Part shown: positions 39,354 through 49,721 of the stretch, in pieces
Numbering within the stretch: position 1 is the first letter of the stretch
Layout of the letters: each line of letters begins with the position of its first letter
Origin: Bacteroidia bacterium
Lineage (GTDB): Bacteria; Bacteroidota; Bacteroidia; AKYH767-A; 2013-40CM-41-45
DNA length: 64,000 nt
Assembly (NCBI GenBank): GCA_038206355.1
Contig: JBBRAY010000014.1
Location: forward strand, 6,852-70,851
Direction of reading: 5' to 3'
The notes under the pieces: model-generated
What the model was told of the DNA's origin: nothing
Databases searched by the model: none
The model's input: the letters and a program-made list of their open reading frames with translations, nothing else
Made by a program: the position numbers and the translations under genes

Positions 39354-42176
39354 TTGAAACCATTTTTCCAAAAAGTTGTAATTGCAATTGGATGCTTTAT
39401 GGCATTGGTGTCATTTCATGCCTCTGCTCAAAATTATTTTCGGTCAATTGCAACAGGAAACTGGAATGCTACAACTACCTGGCAGATGTCTCCTGATAAC
39501 ATTGCCTGGGGTCCGGCAACATTAATTCCAAATTTTAATGACTATACCGTTACCATTCAAGCCCCGAATGTAGTAACGATCACCGCAGCCCTCACCATAG
39601 ATGAAACTGTAGTAAACTCAGGTGCGACGCTTGCTAACAGTGGTGCAGTTGTAGTCACTTTTAATGATGGCGCTGGAGTGGATCTGATTATCAACGGTAC
39701 TTTTACTGAAAATTCTTCCTCAAGTATTGCATGGACTGCGACTGCCAGCTGGCTGATGGGATCATTCGGAACATTAATCCGTACTCAAAATACTTCTTCA
39801 AATTTCTGGCAACAGCGTTATAACGGCGGTATATCTGCGATCCCTGCAACAGCAAACTGGATCCTTAGAAAAACTGCAGGCGCAAATCCAAGCATCACTA
39901 CTACAACAGGTGGCGCTGCCGGGGCATGGTATCCAAACCTGACAATTGAAAATAACAATGCAGGAATATGGAATACTGCAACTTCAAGCACATTTACAGG
40001 TAGTACTTATTTCCCTACAGTGAAGGGGAATTTTGATATCGGAGGAACCGGGACGAGTACAGTGAACTTTCTCAATCAGCAAACCAATGCAACCCCGACA
40101 AGGGTGCTTGGAAGTGTAATTGTCCGGGCCGGAAATACTCTTGGAAATACCGGTACAGGATTGGAAATATCAGGAAACATAACGATATCCGGAACTTTGA
40201 CCTACACGGGCACTGTTATCGGATTACGAACTTTAGATTTTACAGGTGGCGCAGCACAAACTTTTAACGGTGCCGGAACAGTTGCTATCTGGAACATGCG
40301 CATGATGAAAACGGCGAACGACCTCACCCTGAATCGCGCTATTAAAATTGACAATGCACTTTCATTGAATTTCGCTGCACCCGGGGGTAGAATTTTTTCA
40401 ACGGCAACAAACCTGATTACGATTGAAGATGGCGCAACAGCTGCAGGAGCAACCAATTCAAGCCACGTGAATGGTCCTGTAAAGAAACTGGGACCTCAGT
40501 TATTCCAATTCCCTGTTGGTAAAAATGGATACTATCGCATGATTGCAATGGGAGTTGCATCAGGTGCAGGAGGAGGAACTTTCTGGACAGAAAATTTTAA
40601 TTCCGGTTGTACATCTTTATGCCTCGCAAGCAGTTATACGGGACCAAACGGGTCATGGACCATAACAAATTTAGGACCTGCTACACAATGCGGTGCTCCG
40701 GTAACAGCGAATACATGGTATGTCAGTTGTGCTGAATCCGGAACAGGAGCCGGTAGCTGCGGAAATGTTTGTACCGGCACTGCTACCTTACACGTGGGAA
40801 ATATTTCAAGCTCACCGAGTGCTCCGTTTTTCTGCCCTGCAGGAGATTGCGGTGCAGCGTATGATGCCGGTGGTTATTGTGGTTTACTTGGATCTACCCC
40901 TTCAACTGCTACAGATAAAAGAGCCGAGTCGCCTGTTATCAACTGCACCGGTCAAAGCGGCATTTCAGTTTCTTTCAATTATATGGAATACGGTCAGGGC
41001 ACAAATGACAATGCAACACTATGGTATTATGACGGAGGTACATGGAGTCAGATTGACGACATGCCGAAGTCTGCTTGTTGTGGTGGTACATGTAATGGTT
41101 CGCGACAAGGACAATGGACGGCAAGGACTGTAGCGCTTCCGGCATCTGCCAATAATAATCCGAATGTTAAAATTGCTTTTCGCTGGGTGAATGATGATGA
41201 TGGAACGGGTACCGATCCTTCCTTTGCAGTTGACGATGTAACACTTGGCAACGCTCCTGTTGGTCCTGATTCTTATACAGCGGAATATTTCCGTGCAAAT
41301 CCACAAGTGGTTTATAACAATGTGTTGAATGCGCCGCTTAACCACATTTCGCAATGTGAATACTGGACGCTCGATCGCAATAATGGAATCCTCGCAAGAA
41401 CTGTAACGCTGAGCTGGGATACGCCGAATAGTTGTGGTGTTACAAATCTCGCCGATCTCAGGGTTGCGTATTTCAATAGCGCTTCGTGGGATGATAAAGG
41501 AAACGGCGGTACAACAGGAGGATTGGCGGCAGGCACAATCGTTACTGCAACGGCAGTAAATAACTTTGGACCGTTTACACTTGCATCCGTCAGTACGAAT
41601 AATCCTTTGCCGGTTTACCTGGTTGAGTTTTCTGCAACCCCACAAGGAAATGACGTATTGCTGAATTGGGTTACATCCGGCGAAATCAATAACGACCGTT
41701 TTGAAATTCGTTCTTCCAATTCTTCTTCCGGCGCAAATTATTTTGAAGAGATTGATCAGGTTAAAGGAGCCGGAAACTCAACTTCACTACAGCATTATTC
41801 ATTCCTCGATCAGCGCCCGGGAAAAAAAGGAACTTATTATTATCAGCTCCGGCAGGTTGATTATGACGGAAAAAGCATGATGTCGAATATCGTTGCTGTC
41901 AATTTCAAAAATGGCAAAGTGTTGAACCTGCTCGGCGTCATTCCAAATCCTTACACCGATCGAACTTCTGTTCAGGTTTATTTCAGTGAAAAAGGAACCC
42001 TTGACGTAAGAATCATTGACATATTTGGTCGGGAAATTTCCACAAATACTTTTTCAAATGACAAAGGTTTATTTGAATTCGATCCTGAACAAACAACAAA
42101 ATTCAGTGCAGGGATTTATTTTGTTGAACTCTTGTTTAATGATGAGCGATTGGTAACGAAGATTGTAAAAGAATAA
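39354..42176 (+). CDS. large secreted protein with MAM-like domain and T9SS CTD
   Basis: TTG-initiated signal peptide. FRWVNDDDGTGTDPSFAVDDVTLG resembles a MAM-domain C-terminus. C-terminal IPNPYTDRTSVQV...GIYFVEL tail. Confidence 0.55.
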   Translation: MKPFFQKVVIAIGCFMALVSFHASAQNYFRSIATGNWNATTTWQMSPDNIAWGPATLIPNFNDYTVTIQAPNVVTITAALTIDETVVNSGATLANSGAVVVTFNDGAGVDLIINGTFTENSSSSIAWTATASWLMGSFGTLIRTQNTSSNFWQQRYNGGISAIPATANWILRKTAGANPSITTTTGGAAGAWYPNLTIENNNAGIWNTATSSTFTGSTYFPTVKGNFDIGGTGTSTVNFLNQQTNATPTRVLGSVIVRAGNTLGNTGTGLEISGNITISGTLTYTGTVIGLRTLDFTGGAAQTFNGAGTVAIWNMRMMKTANDLTLNRAIKIDNALSLNFAAPGGRIFSTATNLITIEDGATAAGATNSSHVNGPVKKLGPQLFQFPVGKNGYYRMIAMGVASGAGGGTFWTENFNSGCTSLCLASSYTGPNGSWTITNLGPATQCGAPVTANTWYVSCAESGTGAGSCGNVCTGTATLHVGNISSSPSAPFFCPAGDCGAAYDAGGYCGLLGSTPSTATDKRAESPVINCTGQSGISVSFNYMEYGQGTNDNATLWYYDGGTWSQIDDMPKSACCGGTCNGSRQGQWTARTVALPASANNNPNVKIAFRWVNDDDGTGTDPSFAVDDVTLGNAPVGPDSYTAEYFRANPQVVYNNVLNAPLNHISQCEYWTLDRNNGILARTVTLSWDTPNSCGVTNLADLRVAYFNSASWDDKGNGGTTGGLAAGTIVTATAVNNFGPFTLASVSTNNPLPVYLVEFSATPQGNDVLLNWVTSGEINNDRFEIRSSNSSSGANYFEEIDQVKGAGNSTSLQHYSFLDQRPGKKGTYYYQLRQVDYDGKSMMSNIVAVNFKNGKVLNLLGVIPNPYTDRTSVQVYFSEKGTLDVRIIDIFGREISTNTFSNDKGLFEFDPEQTTKFSAGIYFVELLFNDERLVTKIVKE

Positions 42177-42533
42177 TTTTTTTTCTGAGACATTTTTTTT
42201 CTTTTTGTTTGATTTGCCAATACAGTTAGATTGAAACTGACAACAGGTATTTTTGGAATTATCACTTCTGTTTTTTGCGATTTAACTTATTCGCCCGAAA
42301 TATTGAAGACACATCGGCACTTTTTTAGGATAGGTGATGCAAATTAAATTGACGATTACAAAATCATTTTTTAACAGTAATATGAAAAAATTCACTTTCG
42401 CATTTTTCATATTCACATTTTACTTTTGTTCAAATATTAGCTTCGGATAAGAGATTCAGAATTCTACCGGGATTTCCCAGACACCAGTAAGTGATTGGTA
42501 TAGTTATCTTGCGCGAGTTTTAGTATTTTGAAA

Positions 42534-43277
42534 ATGAATTCTGTAAAAAAACATTTCCTGATTTTGGGCTTTTTCCTCTCCCAGTTTTTTTCCGGCAATT
42601 GTCAGAGTCCTTATCAACTGAAATCTGCCCGGGAATTTATTATATCCGGAGCCTCAATTGGTGTTTCCGCCGGAGGCTTTATATTGTCTGAAAACAAGCG
42701 CAAACTTACGCACGATGAAATTTCAAATCTGAGTAAAATAAATATCAATTCATTTGACCGCCCTGCAGTGATGCATTATTCTGTTTTTGCGGCACGAACC
42801 AGTGATGTGCTAATGATTACATCTCTGGCAATTCCTTTTACTTTGTTGCTGGATAAAAAAATCAGAGACAACAGCTGGCAAACTTCTGTTATTTATTTTG
42901 AAACACTGGCTTTTGCTTCTGTGGGAATCAACCTCTCAAAAGGATTCGTGAGGCGGCCGAGACCGTACGTTTACAATTCATCTGTTCCGGAGGAGGAGAA
43001 GCAAAAAGCGGACGCAACCAATTCCTTTTTTTCCGGACATACAACGATATCTGCTGCTTCAACATTTTTCGCCGCAAAAGTTTACTTTGATTACCATCCT
43101 GATTCAAAGTGGAAACCGGTCGTTTGGTTTGGGGCTGCTGCCATTCCTGTTGCTACCGGCCTATACCGTTACCACGCAGGAAAACATTTTCCAACAGATG
43201 TGATCGTGGGTTATTGCTGGGGTGCGCTTTCAGGAATTATTATTCCTGAACTTCACCGTCAAAGAAAAAAAAATTAA
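42534..43277 (+). CDS. PAP2 superfamily phosphatase (membrane-bound acid phosphatase / phosphatidic acid phosphatase type)
   Basis: The three PAP2 motifs: KGFVRRPRP, SFFSGHT and YRYHAGKHFPTDV. Start set to ATG 42534. Confidence 0.75.
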   Translation: MNSVKKHFLILGFFLSQFFSGNCQSPYQLKSAREFIISGASIGVSAGGFILSENKRKLTHDEISNLSKININSFDRPAVMHYSVFAARTSDVLMITSLAIPFTLLLDKKIRDNSWQTSVIYFETLAFASVGINLSKGFVRRPRPYVYNSSVPEEEKQKADATNSFFSGHTTISAASTFFAAKVYFDYHPDSKWKPVVWFGAAAIPVATGLYRYHAGKHFPTDVIVGYCWGALSGIIIPELHRQRKKN

Positions 43278-43286
43278 TTTTTTAAA

Positions 43287-43306
43287 ATCAACCAATCAAC
43301 CAATCC
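43287..43306. repeat. ATCAACCAATCAACCAATCC repeat between convergent PAP2 and ABC genes
   Basis: Same motif family as 20..57. Read directly. Confidence 0.45.
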
Positions 43307-43307
43307 C

Positions 43308-45065
43308 CTACTTCCCTTTCGGAATGGCTTCAATAAGTCTTCTCGTATACGCGGATTTCGGATTAATATACACCTCACCGGAAAGTCCCATCTCTTCAAT
43401 CTTTCCCTTGTTCATGACGATCATCCGGTCACTCATGAATTTTACCACCGATAAATCGTGCGAAATAATAATACAGGTGAACTGATATTCCTTTTTCAGT
43501 TGATTCATTAAGTTGAGTACCTGCGCCTGGACGGAAACATCCAGTGCTGAAACAGGTTCGTCGCAAATTAAAAATTCAGGTTTTATACTGATGGAACGGG
43601 CTATACAAGCACGCTGTCTCTGGCCAACACTTAACTGATGCGGATACTGATTAAAGTGCGCTTCATTCAATCCGACGCTTATTAGCAGTTCAATAGTCTT
43701 CGACTTACGTTGCTCTTTCGAAGAATAAATTTTATGTGCAATCATTGGTTCAACGATTGCATCACCGATAGTCATTCTCGGATTGAGTGATGAATGAGGG
43801 TCCTGAAAAATAAACTGAATGTTCCTTCTCATTTTACGCAGGGGCTCTCCTCTCAATGTAGCAATGTCAGTATCTTTAAAAATTATTTGTCCGCCCGTTG
43901 CTTTGGTAAGTTTAATAATTGTACGACCCAGTGTTGTTTTACCACATCCGCTTTCCCCTACGAGACCAAGAGTTTCGCCCGGATAAACATCAAAGGATAC
44001 ATCATCCACTGCCTTCGTGTAACCCAATGTATTTCCGAAAATCCCTTTACGCAACGGGAAATAAGTCTTCAGATTTTTTACCTGAAGCAACGGGCGCTGA
44101 TCATAAAGCATTCTGTTGCGGGTGAATATTTCTTCCCTGGTAACCACAAGGGCATTCACTGTTTCTTCGACCGACTTTTGCAGTTCGATCATCGAACCGT
44201 CTTTACCTGTTTGCATAAAGTTGGCAATGGTGGGAAGGATACGCAGTTTTTTGTCAAGCGGAGGGCGGCATGCAAGCAACCCTTTTGTATATGGGTGCTT
44301 TGGATTAGAAAATATTTCTCTCACACTTCCTTCCTCAACAATTTTACCCTTATACAATACCACCACACGGTCAGCAATTTCTGCAATCACCCCAAGGTCG
44401 TGAGAAATAAATAACATGCCCATCCCGTTTTCTTCCTTGAGTTGACGAAGCAGTTGAAGAATGGTTTTCTGAATGGTGACATCAAGCGCTGTTGTGGGTT
44501 CATCTGCAATGAGCAATGACGGATTGCAACTGATGGCCATTGCAATCATGACCCGCTGTTTCTGTCCGCCGCTCAACTGATGCGGATAGCTGTCATAAAT
44601 ACGTTCCGGATCAGGTAGCTGTACCTTGTTGAAAAGTGCGATGCTTTGCAAGCGTGCTTTTGCCCCTGATGCTTTTCCATGAACCTTTAATGCTTCGGCC
44701 ACCTGTTCGCCACAGGTATATAAAGGGTTCAATGATGTGGAGGGCTCCTGAAAAACCATGGCCATTTTATTGCCGCGGTACTTACGGATTTCGCTATCGG
44801 AAAGTGTCAGCAGGTTTGATGCGGTTTCATTTTCATGAAAAAGGATCTCGCCGGAAGAAATTTTTCCGGGATTTGAAACCAGCCGCATGATGGAAAGTGC
44901 TGTAACAGATTTACCTGAACCCGATTCGCCAACGAGTCCTACTGTTTCTCCGCGGCGAACAGAAAGGCTGATGTTATCCACTGCTTTTTTCGCAGCATGA
45001 TCAGAATCAAATTCTACACTAAGATTTTTTATTTCGAGGAGGTCGTTCATACATTGACTTCTCAA
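43308..45065 (-). CDS. ABC transporter ATP-binding protein with two fused NBDs (GsiA/YejF/DppDF-like)
   Basis: Two Walker A motifs (GESGSGKS, GESGCGKT). Two LSGGQ-type signatures (LSGGQKQR, LSVGQRQR). Oligopeptide-type C-terminal motifs (KHPYTKGLL, NPKSAYTRRLI). Confidence 0.8.
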   Translation of the reverse strand: MRSQCMNDLLEIKNLSVEFDSDHAAKKAVDNISLSVRRGETVGLVGESGSGKSVTALSIMRLVSNPGKISSGEILFHENETASNLLTLSDSEIRKYRGNKMAMVFQEPSTSLNPLYTCGEQVAEALKVHGKASGAKARLQSIALFNKVQLPDPERIYDSYPHQLSGGQKQRVMIAMAISCNPSLLIADEPTTALDVTIQKTILQLLRQLKEENGMGMLFISHDLGVIAEIADRVVVLYKGKIVEEGSVREIFSNPKHPYTKGLLACRPPLDKKLRILPTIANFMQTGKDGSMIELQKSVEETVNALVVTREEIFTRNRMLYDQRPLLQVKNLKTYFPLRKGIFGNTLGYTKAVDDVSFDVYPGETLGLVGESGCGKTTLGRTIIKLTKATGGQIIFKDTDIATLRGEPLRKMRRNIQFIFQDPHSSLNPRMTIGDAIVEPMIAHKIYSSKEQRKSKTIELLISVGLNEAHFNQYPHQLSVGQRQRACIARSISIKPEFLICDEPVSALDVSVQAQVLNLMNQLKKEYQFTCIIISHDLSVVKFMSDRMIVMNKGKIEEMGLSGEVYINPKSAYTRRLIEAIPKGK

Positions 45066-45266
45066 AAGTAATATTCCAATGGAAACAAAATGGATTCTAA
45101 CAAGAAGGTCTCAACAATCCATGTGTGGATTTAGGAAGTCTATCGGGGATCAATAAGCCGGGCCCTAAGATAAACCTTGTCACAATTTTTTTCTATCAGC
45201 GTTTTCAGCGTAATCTGCGAGCCACCATCTCAGTCGAACAATACATCAACTGTAAAAAAATTGCAC

Positions 45267-46940
45267 TTAATCTTTCGCGATCTCAATACTCACTTTTCTG
45301 CCTTTTACCTTGTTGCCGTTTACTTTTTCAAGCACTTGGTTTAGGTCTTTCTCCATTACTTCCACAAATGAAAATTTGTCGTAGAGGTCAATGATACCGA
45401 TATCTTCGCCATGAATGCCGGTGAGTGATGCGAATGCGCCCGCAATATCTCCCTTACTAACCCTGTCCTGCCGGCCAACGCTTACAAATAACCTCACCAT
45501 ATTTCCCTTTCTCGGAAAACGTTCCCTTGGTTCGCTGCGCTCAGTGCGTTCTCTTCTGTTGCCACGTTCTCCTCTTTCGCCCCGATCGCCTCTTTCTCTT
45601 CTGTCACCGCGATCTTCAGACCTTCCTCCTGATGAAGACGTGCTTTCAACCGGTGCCAGATACATTTTTAATAGCCCTGCTGCCAGTTGATGTAACGTAA
45701 TCCCTTCAGCCATGAAATCGTGAATCATCTTGTCGTAAGTTGGCTGATCAGGTGTGGAGGTAATTTCCTTGATCTTCTCTGCCAGTTTAAGTTTGCTGAG
45801 CTCAAGCAGTTCTTTTCTCGATGGAGCATTATGTCTTTCAATCCGCACTTTTGCATAGCGTTCTATTTCGCGGAGACGCCCCGATTCATTTCTTCCTGTT
45901 ACAAACGTAAATGCCTTACCTGATTTCCCTGCTCGTCCTGTTCTTCCGATGCGGTGAACATAATATTCCGGATCAAGCGGAAGGTCGTAATTAAAAACAG
46001 CATCAACATTATCAACGTCAATGCCGCGTGCAGCTACGTCTGTAGCCACCATGATGTTGATACGGCCGTGTTTGAATTTTGAAAGCACATTATTTCTCTG
46101 ACTCTGATTCAAGTCACCATGAATGGCATCTGCTTTATAACCCATTTCAATCATCTGCTGAACCACTTCATCAACTTTACGTTTTGTATTGCAGAAGACG
46201 AGCATCAGTTTCAAATTGTGCAGGTCGATTAACCGGGCCATCACTTCGGTGCGTTGTCCGCTGGAGAGCTCAAAATATATCTGTTCAATGGCTGCAACTG
46301 TAAGTTCATTCTTTGTTACCTTAACCAGTTTCGGATTTTTCTGAAACTTCCGGGTGATGTCAAGGATGGGTTTCGGCATTGTGGCAGAAAACAATACCGT
46401 TTGTTTTTCTCCCTTGATATTTGAGAGAATCATTTCAATGTCTTCACGAAATCCCATGTTCAGCATTTCATCAGCTTCGTCGAGTACGACACACTTTACA
46501 TGTTCAAAAGAAATCGTTCTGCGTTCAAGATGGTCAATGATGCGGCCGGGCGTTCCAACGATAACGTGGGTTGCACGTTTCAATGCGCTGATTTGTTTCT
46601 GAATTTGCTCTCCTCCATAAACAGGAAGAATAACAATTCCCTTTTTATACTTCGCCAGTTTTTTCAGTTCGTTTGCAACCTGTTGCGCCAGTTCGCGCGT
46701 AGGACACATCACAAGTGCGGCTGTATTTTTATTTTTTACGTCAATCTGCTCTAGCAATGGAATACCGAAGGCAGCAGTTTTACCTGTTCCGGTTTGTGCC
46801 TGGCCGATAACGTCAAGTCCCTGTAAGAGGAATGGAATAGCTTCTGATTGAATGGGGGACGCTTCAACGAATCCCATTTCAGTAATAGCCTGCTGCATCT
46901 CTGCGGAGAGAGACAGCTCATTAAATTTTAATGGTGTCAT
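45267..46940 (-). CDS. DEAD-box ATP-dependent RNA helicase (DeaD/CsdA-like) with C-terminal RGD/RGE-rich basic tail and DbpA-type RNA-binding domain
   Basis: Q-motif, AQTGTGKT, PTRELA, DEAD, SAT and HRIGRTGRAG motifs. Arg/Glu/Gly/Asp repeat tail. Start set to ATG 46940. Confidence 0.85.
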   Translation of the reverse strand: MTPLKFNELSLSAEMQQAITEMGFVEASPIQSEAIPFLLQGLDVIGQAQTGTGKTAAFGIPLLEQIDVKNKNTAALVMCPTRELAQQVANELKKLAKYKKGIVILPVYGGEQIQKQISALKRATHVIVGTPGRIIDHLERRTISFEHVKCVVLDEADEMLNMGFREDIEMILSNIKGEKQTVLFSATMPKPILDITRKFQKNPKLVKVTKNELTVAAIEQIYFELSSGQRTEVMARLIDLHNLKLMLVFCNTKRKVDEVVQQMIEMGYKADAIHGDLNQSQRNNVLSKFKHGRINIMVATDVAARGIDVDNVDAVFNYDLPLDPEYYVHRIGRTGRAGKSGKAFTFVTGRNESGRLREIERYAKVRIERHNAPSRKELLELSKLKLAEKIKEITSTPDQPTYDKMIHDFMAEGITLHQLAAGLLKMYLAPVESTSSSGGRSEDRGDRRERGDRGERGERGNRRERTERSEPRERFPRKGNMVRLFVSVGRQDRVSKGDIAGAFASLTGIHGEDIGIIDLYDKFSFVEVMEKDLNQVLEKVNGNKVKGRKVSIEIAKD

Positions 46941-47063
46941 GATGGAAATTTTATCCGGTGCAGGAGATAGTGCGGAAACTGAGCTAAAAACGGGCAACCG
47001 GCATTGAATGAGGGGCGAAGATAGACAAATTGGGGAGAAGGTCTAATTTATACCCACTTAGCC

Positions 47064-47693
47064 CTAAGGCTTTGAGATTATTTCCTGAACCGCATCATTA
47101 ATTTTCTTTTTCCAGGTTATCCATGTTAAGCCATTCATCATTATGGGTTCCGGCTGGTTTTCTATATCGGCGGTAGAAGAAAGATATTTGAGGATGTTAA
47201 GGGAGTCACTTCCTATATGTCTCTCTGAATAAAATGAAATCATTTGTTCAAGATTAAAATGGTCAAGTATCGAAGCGATATCCATATAATCTTTTTTCTC
47301 TCCCCGTTGAAGAATTGCAAAAAGGATCATCGCAATTATTTCTTCTCTACGTACCATGGCTATTCCATCTACCATTACGGAAGGATGAATAAACGGAATA
47401 TTCCATGTGAGAAAATCCACCTTTGTATTATTTATTTTCATAAACACACCATGCGTGCCGGTATTTACATCGGAAACGTTTGTGAATTGTTTGCCAATCT
47501 CTGCGATCAAATCTCCTGTATTAAAATTCTTTTCCGAAACAAAATCTGCATCCACTGAAATACGATGCCCGACCTGAAGTGCCAGCGCTGTGCCTCCGCA
47601 AAGACGGAATTGAGAAAAATATTTATTGCCGGAAATCTTTTTGATAATTTCCAGAAGTTCAGGAGAAACACATTGGTAGTTCAAATCACTCAT
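47064..47693 (-). CDS. nucleotidyltransferase-fold protein, AbiEii/AbiGii (DUF1814)-like putative toxin
   Basis: CGGTALALQVGHRISVDADF matches the pol-beta NTase G[GS]...hxhSxDhD motif as arranged in AbiEii-family toxins. 209 aa. Overlaps the upstream ORF by 4 nt. Confidence 0.45.
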   Translation of the reverse strand: MSDLNYQCVSPELLEIIKKISGNKYFSQFRLCGGTALALQVGHRISVDADFVSEKNFNTGDLIAEIGKQFTNVSDVNTGTHGVFMKINNTKVDFLTWNIPFIHPSVMVDGIAMVRREEIIAMILFAILQRGEKKDYMDIASILDHFNLEQMISFYSERHIGSDSLNILKYLSSTADIENQPEPIMMNGLTWITWKKKINDAVQEIISKP

Positions 47694-47923
47694 TCGATGT
47701 AACCAAGGGATTTGGCAAAGTCCAGGGTAATTATATCGAGCCCCCGCTGTGAAGTAAGGGAATGGGTAATCTGACCGGCGGAAAAATTTTTCAAAATAAT
47801 GCGCAAGTCATTGAGTAATCCGTATTGAAATACACGTGCGATGATAAAATCCGCCTGTTTGTTTTCGTCGAGTTCATCAAAATTAACATCCCAGAATGCA
47901 GTTTGACTTAGTTGAAGTTGCAT
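47690..47923 (-). CDS. small protein translationally coupled to the AbiEii-like NTase (putative cognate antitoxin/partner)
   Basis: ATGA-type 4-nt overlap with 47064..47693. About 77 aa from ATG 47923 (the track ORF extends to 47998). No recognised domain. Confidence 0.35.
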   Translation of the reverse strand: MQLQLSQTAFWDVNFDELDENKQADFIIARVFQYGLLNDLRIILKNFSAGQITHSLTSQRGLDIITLDFAKSLGYIE

Positions 47924-47954
47924 AGAGCAAAAATACTTAAAGTTTCCGGATGGG

Positions 47955-49721
47955 TTATTGCAACATGAGTTTCTTCGTCGTTTGCTTTTCGGAATCACTC
48001 ACCTTTACGAAATAAATTCCTGAAGGGAAATGTTCACAGTTCACGGTTAACGATTCACTGCCCATAAATAAGGCTGAATAGATTTTTTCGCCGACATGGT
48101 TATAAATTTGAACTGTAATCTTTTCGTTAGTAGAACAGGATCCGCAACTGAAAACAAATTCCCCGCTGGCAGGATTCGGGTAAAGCATAAAACCATCGTT
48201 AAAAAAAGATTGGTGTAAACCTGTGCATATCTGAAATACAATCTGAATGGTATCAACTGCGATACAACCCATTGTATCGACAACTTGAACCCAGTATATC
48301 ATTGTATCAGGAACATTTTTGGAAATCTGAATCGATTGGTAAAAACTGCTATCCTGCCATAAATAACTTGAATATCCATATCCTGCATTCAAATAGTGAA
48401 TCTCAGCAGTGCAGAAGATGGTGTCATTTCCTAGAGATACAGATACCGCAGATGAAGAATAAACATGAAAATCGGGACTAAGTGATGTGAAACCACCCGG
48501 ATAAGTCACAGTCACAGTATATGTTCCGGGAAAATTTACAATGATGCTTGCTGTTGTCGCTCCGGTATTCCATAAATACTGGTATCCGGCGCCGCAGGGG
48601 ATGGCATTAAGAGTCACAGAGCCGTTACCGCATGTAAATTCCGGCCCTTCTATATCGGCATAGTAGAAACTGCAGCCGGTAGTAGTGATTGATCCGCCTT
48701 GAGTAGATGAGAAGGAATAAGTAGAAAGAAGGATACCGTTTACATAATTGTAATCCGTATAACCGCCGCTCAATGCCCAGTAATGTTCATCCTCATGCAG
48801 GATGTTGCCGAGAGAATCATAAACATAGTTAAAGGTACCGGTAGTACTAATAATACGGATCGCATTCCCCCATTGATCATAATAAGTGGAGTCGTCAGTA
48901 TATGGATCATAGTTCCATTGTGTGCCATCCCATATATAATGAGCCACAACAGAAGTGTTGTTCAATGAGTCGTAGAGATAAAGATTATAAAATTGTGATG
49001 TGAGTGTTCCCGAATTGTAATTAAACACGATAGTCGAATCAAGAATCGTGCTGTTGTACGAATTGTAGTGATCAACATTGAGATACCACGTTTGTTGACC
49101 TTGATTCCATAGCGTCATGGAATCATGAACCACAAGATTATCCGAATTGTAGAACCTGAAGTTTTTCGAATTATCGTACCATCCGAGAGAATCTCCTCTT
49201 TCGTTTACGATCAGCGAATCATTCCCGGCTGCGTCTGGATAATATAAATTCCGTCTGTAGTTCTGCCAGTTATTAATGTGCCATGTATAATCATCTGATT
49301 CGATCAGATGAAACTGGGTATCGTAGGTGTAAGTCCGGTAGGATGCATATGAAGAATTAATTTCGGCAAAGAAAGTTTCGACCTGATTATTGATATTGTA
49401 AGTATAAGTATAGCGGCTGTTCAGATACCATCCGTTAAGCGAGGTTCCGGTTTCATTTGTGCGTAATACAAGATTTCCGGATGCATCGTAGGACCACTTA
49501 TATCTGTAAGATGTCACCCAGTTTGTGCCATTAAATTTCAGAATCGTATAGGATAGCTGATGATCCAGCGAATCGAAGACCATGATTCTTTTGGTAAGGG
49601 TGGTTTCGAACATGTTATCTGTAGAACAGATTTCCACAACCAGTGAATCTCCGCAGGCGGAAAAACCTTTGACGCTAAACAAACTGAAAATAACAAAAGC
49701 GAAATAAAATCTTAAACTCAT
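47955..49721 (-). CDS. secreted hypothetical protein with T9SS CTD
   Basis: Signal peptide. C-terminal MLYPNPASGEF...GIYFVKVSDSEKQTTKKLMLQ tail related to the CTDs at 49916..50323 and 51071..52672. Confidence 0.6.
   Translation of the reverse strand: MSLRFYFAFVIFSLFSVKGFSACGDSLVVEICSTDNMFETTLTKRIMVFDSLDHQLSYTILKFNGTNWVTSYRYKWSYDASGNLVLRTNETGTSLNGWYLNSRYTYTYNINNQVETFFAEINSSYASYRTYTYDTQFHLIESDDYTWHINNWQNYRRNLYYPDAAGNDSLIVNERGDSLGWYDNSKNFRFYNSDNLVVHDSMTLWNQGQQTWYLNVDHYNSYNSTILDSTIVFNYNSGTLTSQFYNLYLYDSLNNTSVVAHYIWDGTQWNYDPYTDDSTYYDQWGNAIRIISTTGTFNYVYDSLGNILHEDEHYWALSGGYTDYNYVNGILLSTYSFSSTQGGSITTTGCSFYYADIEGPEFTCGNGSVTLNAIPCGAGYQYLWNTGATTASIIVNFPGTYTVTVTYPGGFTSLSPDFHVYSSSAVSVSLGNDTIFCTAEIHYLNAGYGYSSYLWQDSSFYQSIQISKNVPDTMIYWVQVVDTMGCIAVDTIQIVFQICTGLHQSFFNDGFMLYPNPASGEFVFSCGSCSTNEKITVQIYNHVGEKIYSALFMGSESLTVNCEHFPSGIYFVKVSDSEKQTTKKLMLQ

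Noticed and set aside
47924-47998. Longer N-terminal extension (MIPKSKRRRNSCCNNPSG...) of the NTase partner ORF
   Set aside because: The extension overlaps the 3' end of the T9SS gene 47955..49721 and is Cys/Arg-rich low complexity. The internal ATG at 47923 is favoured.
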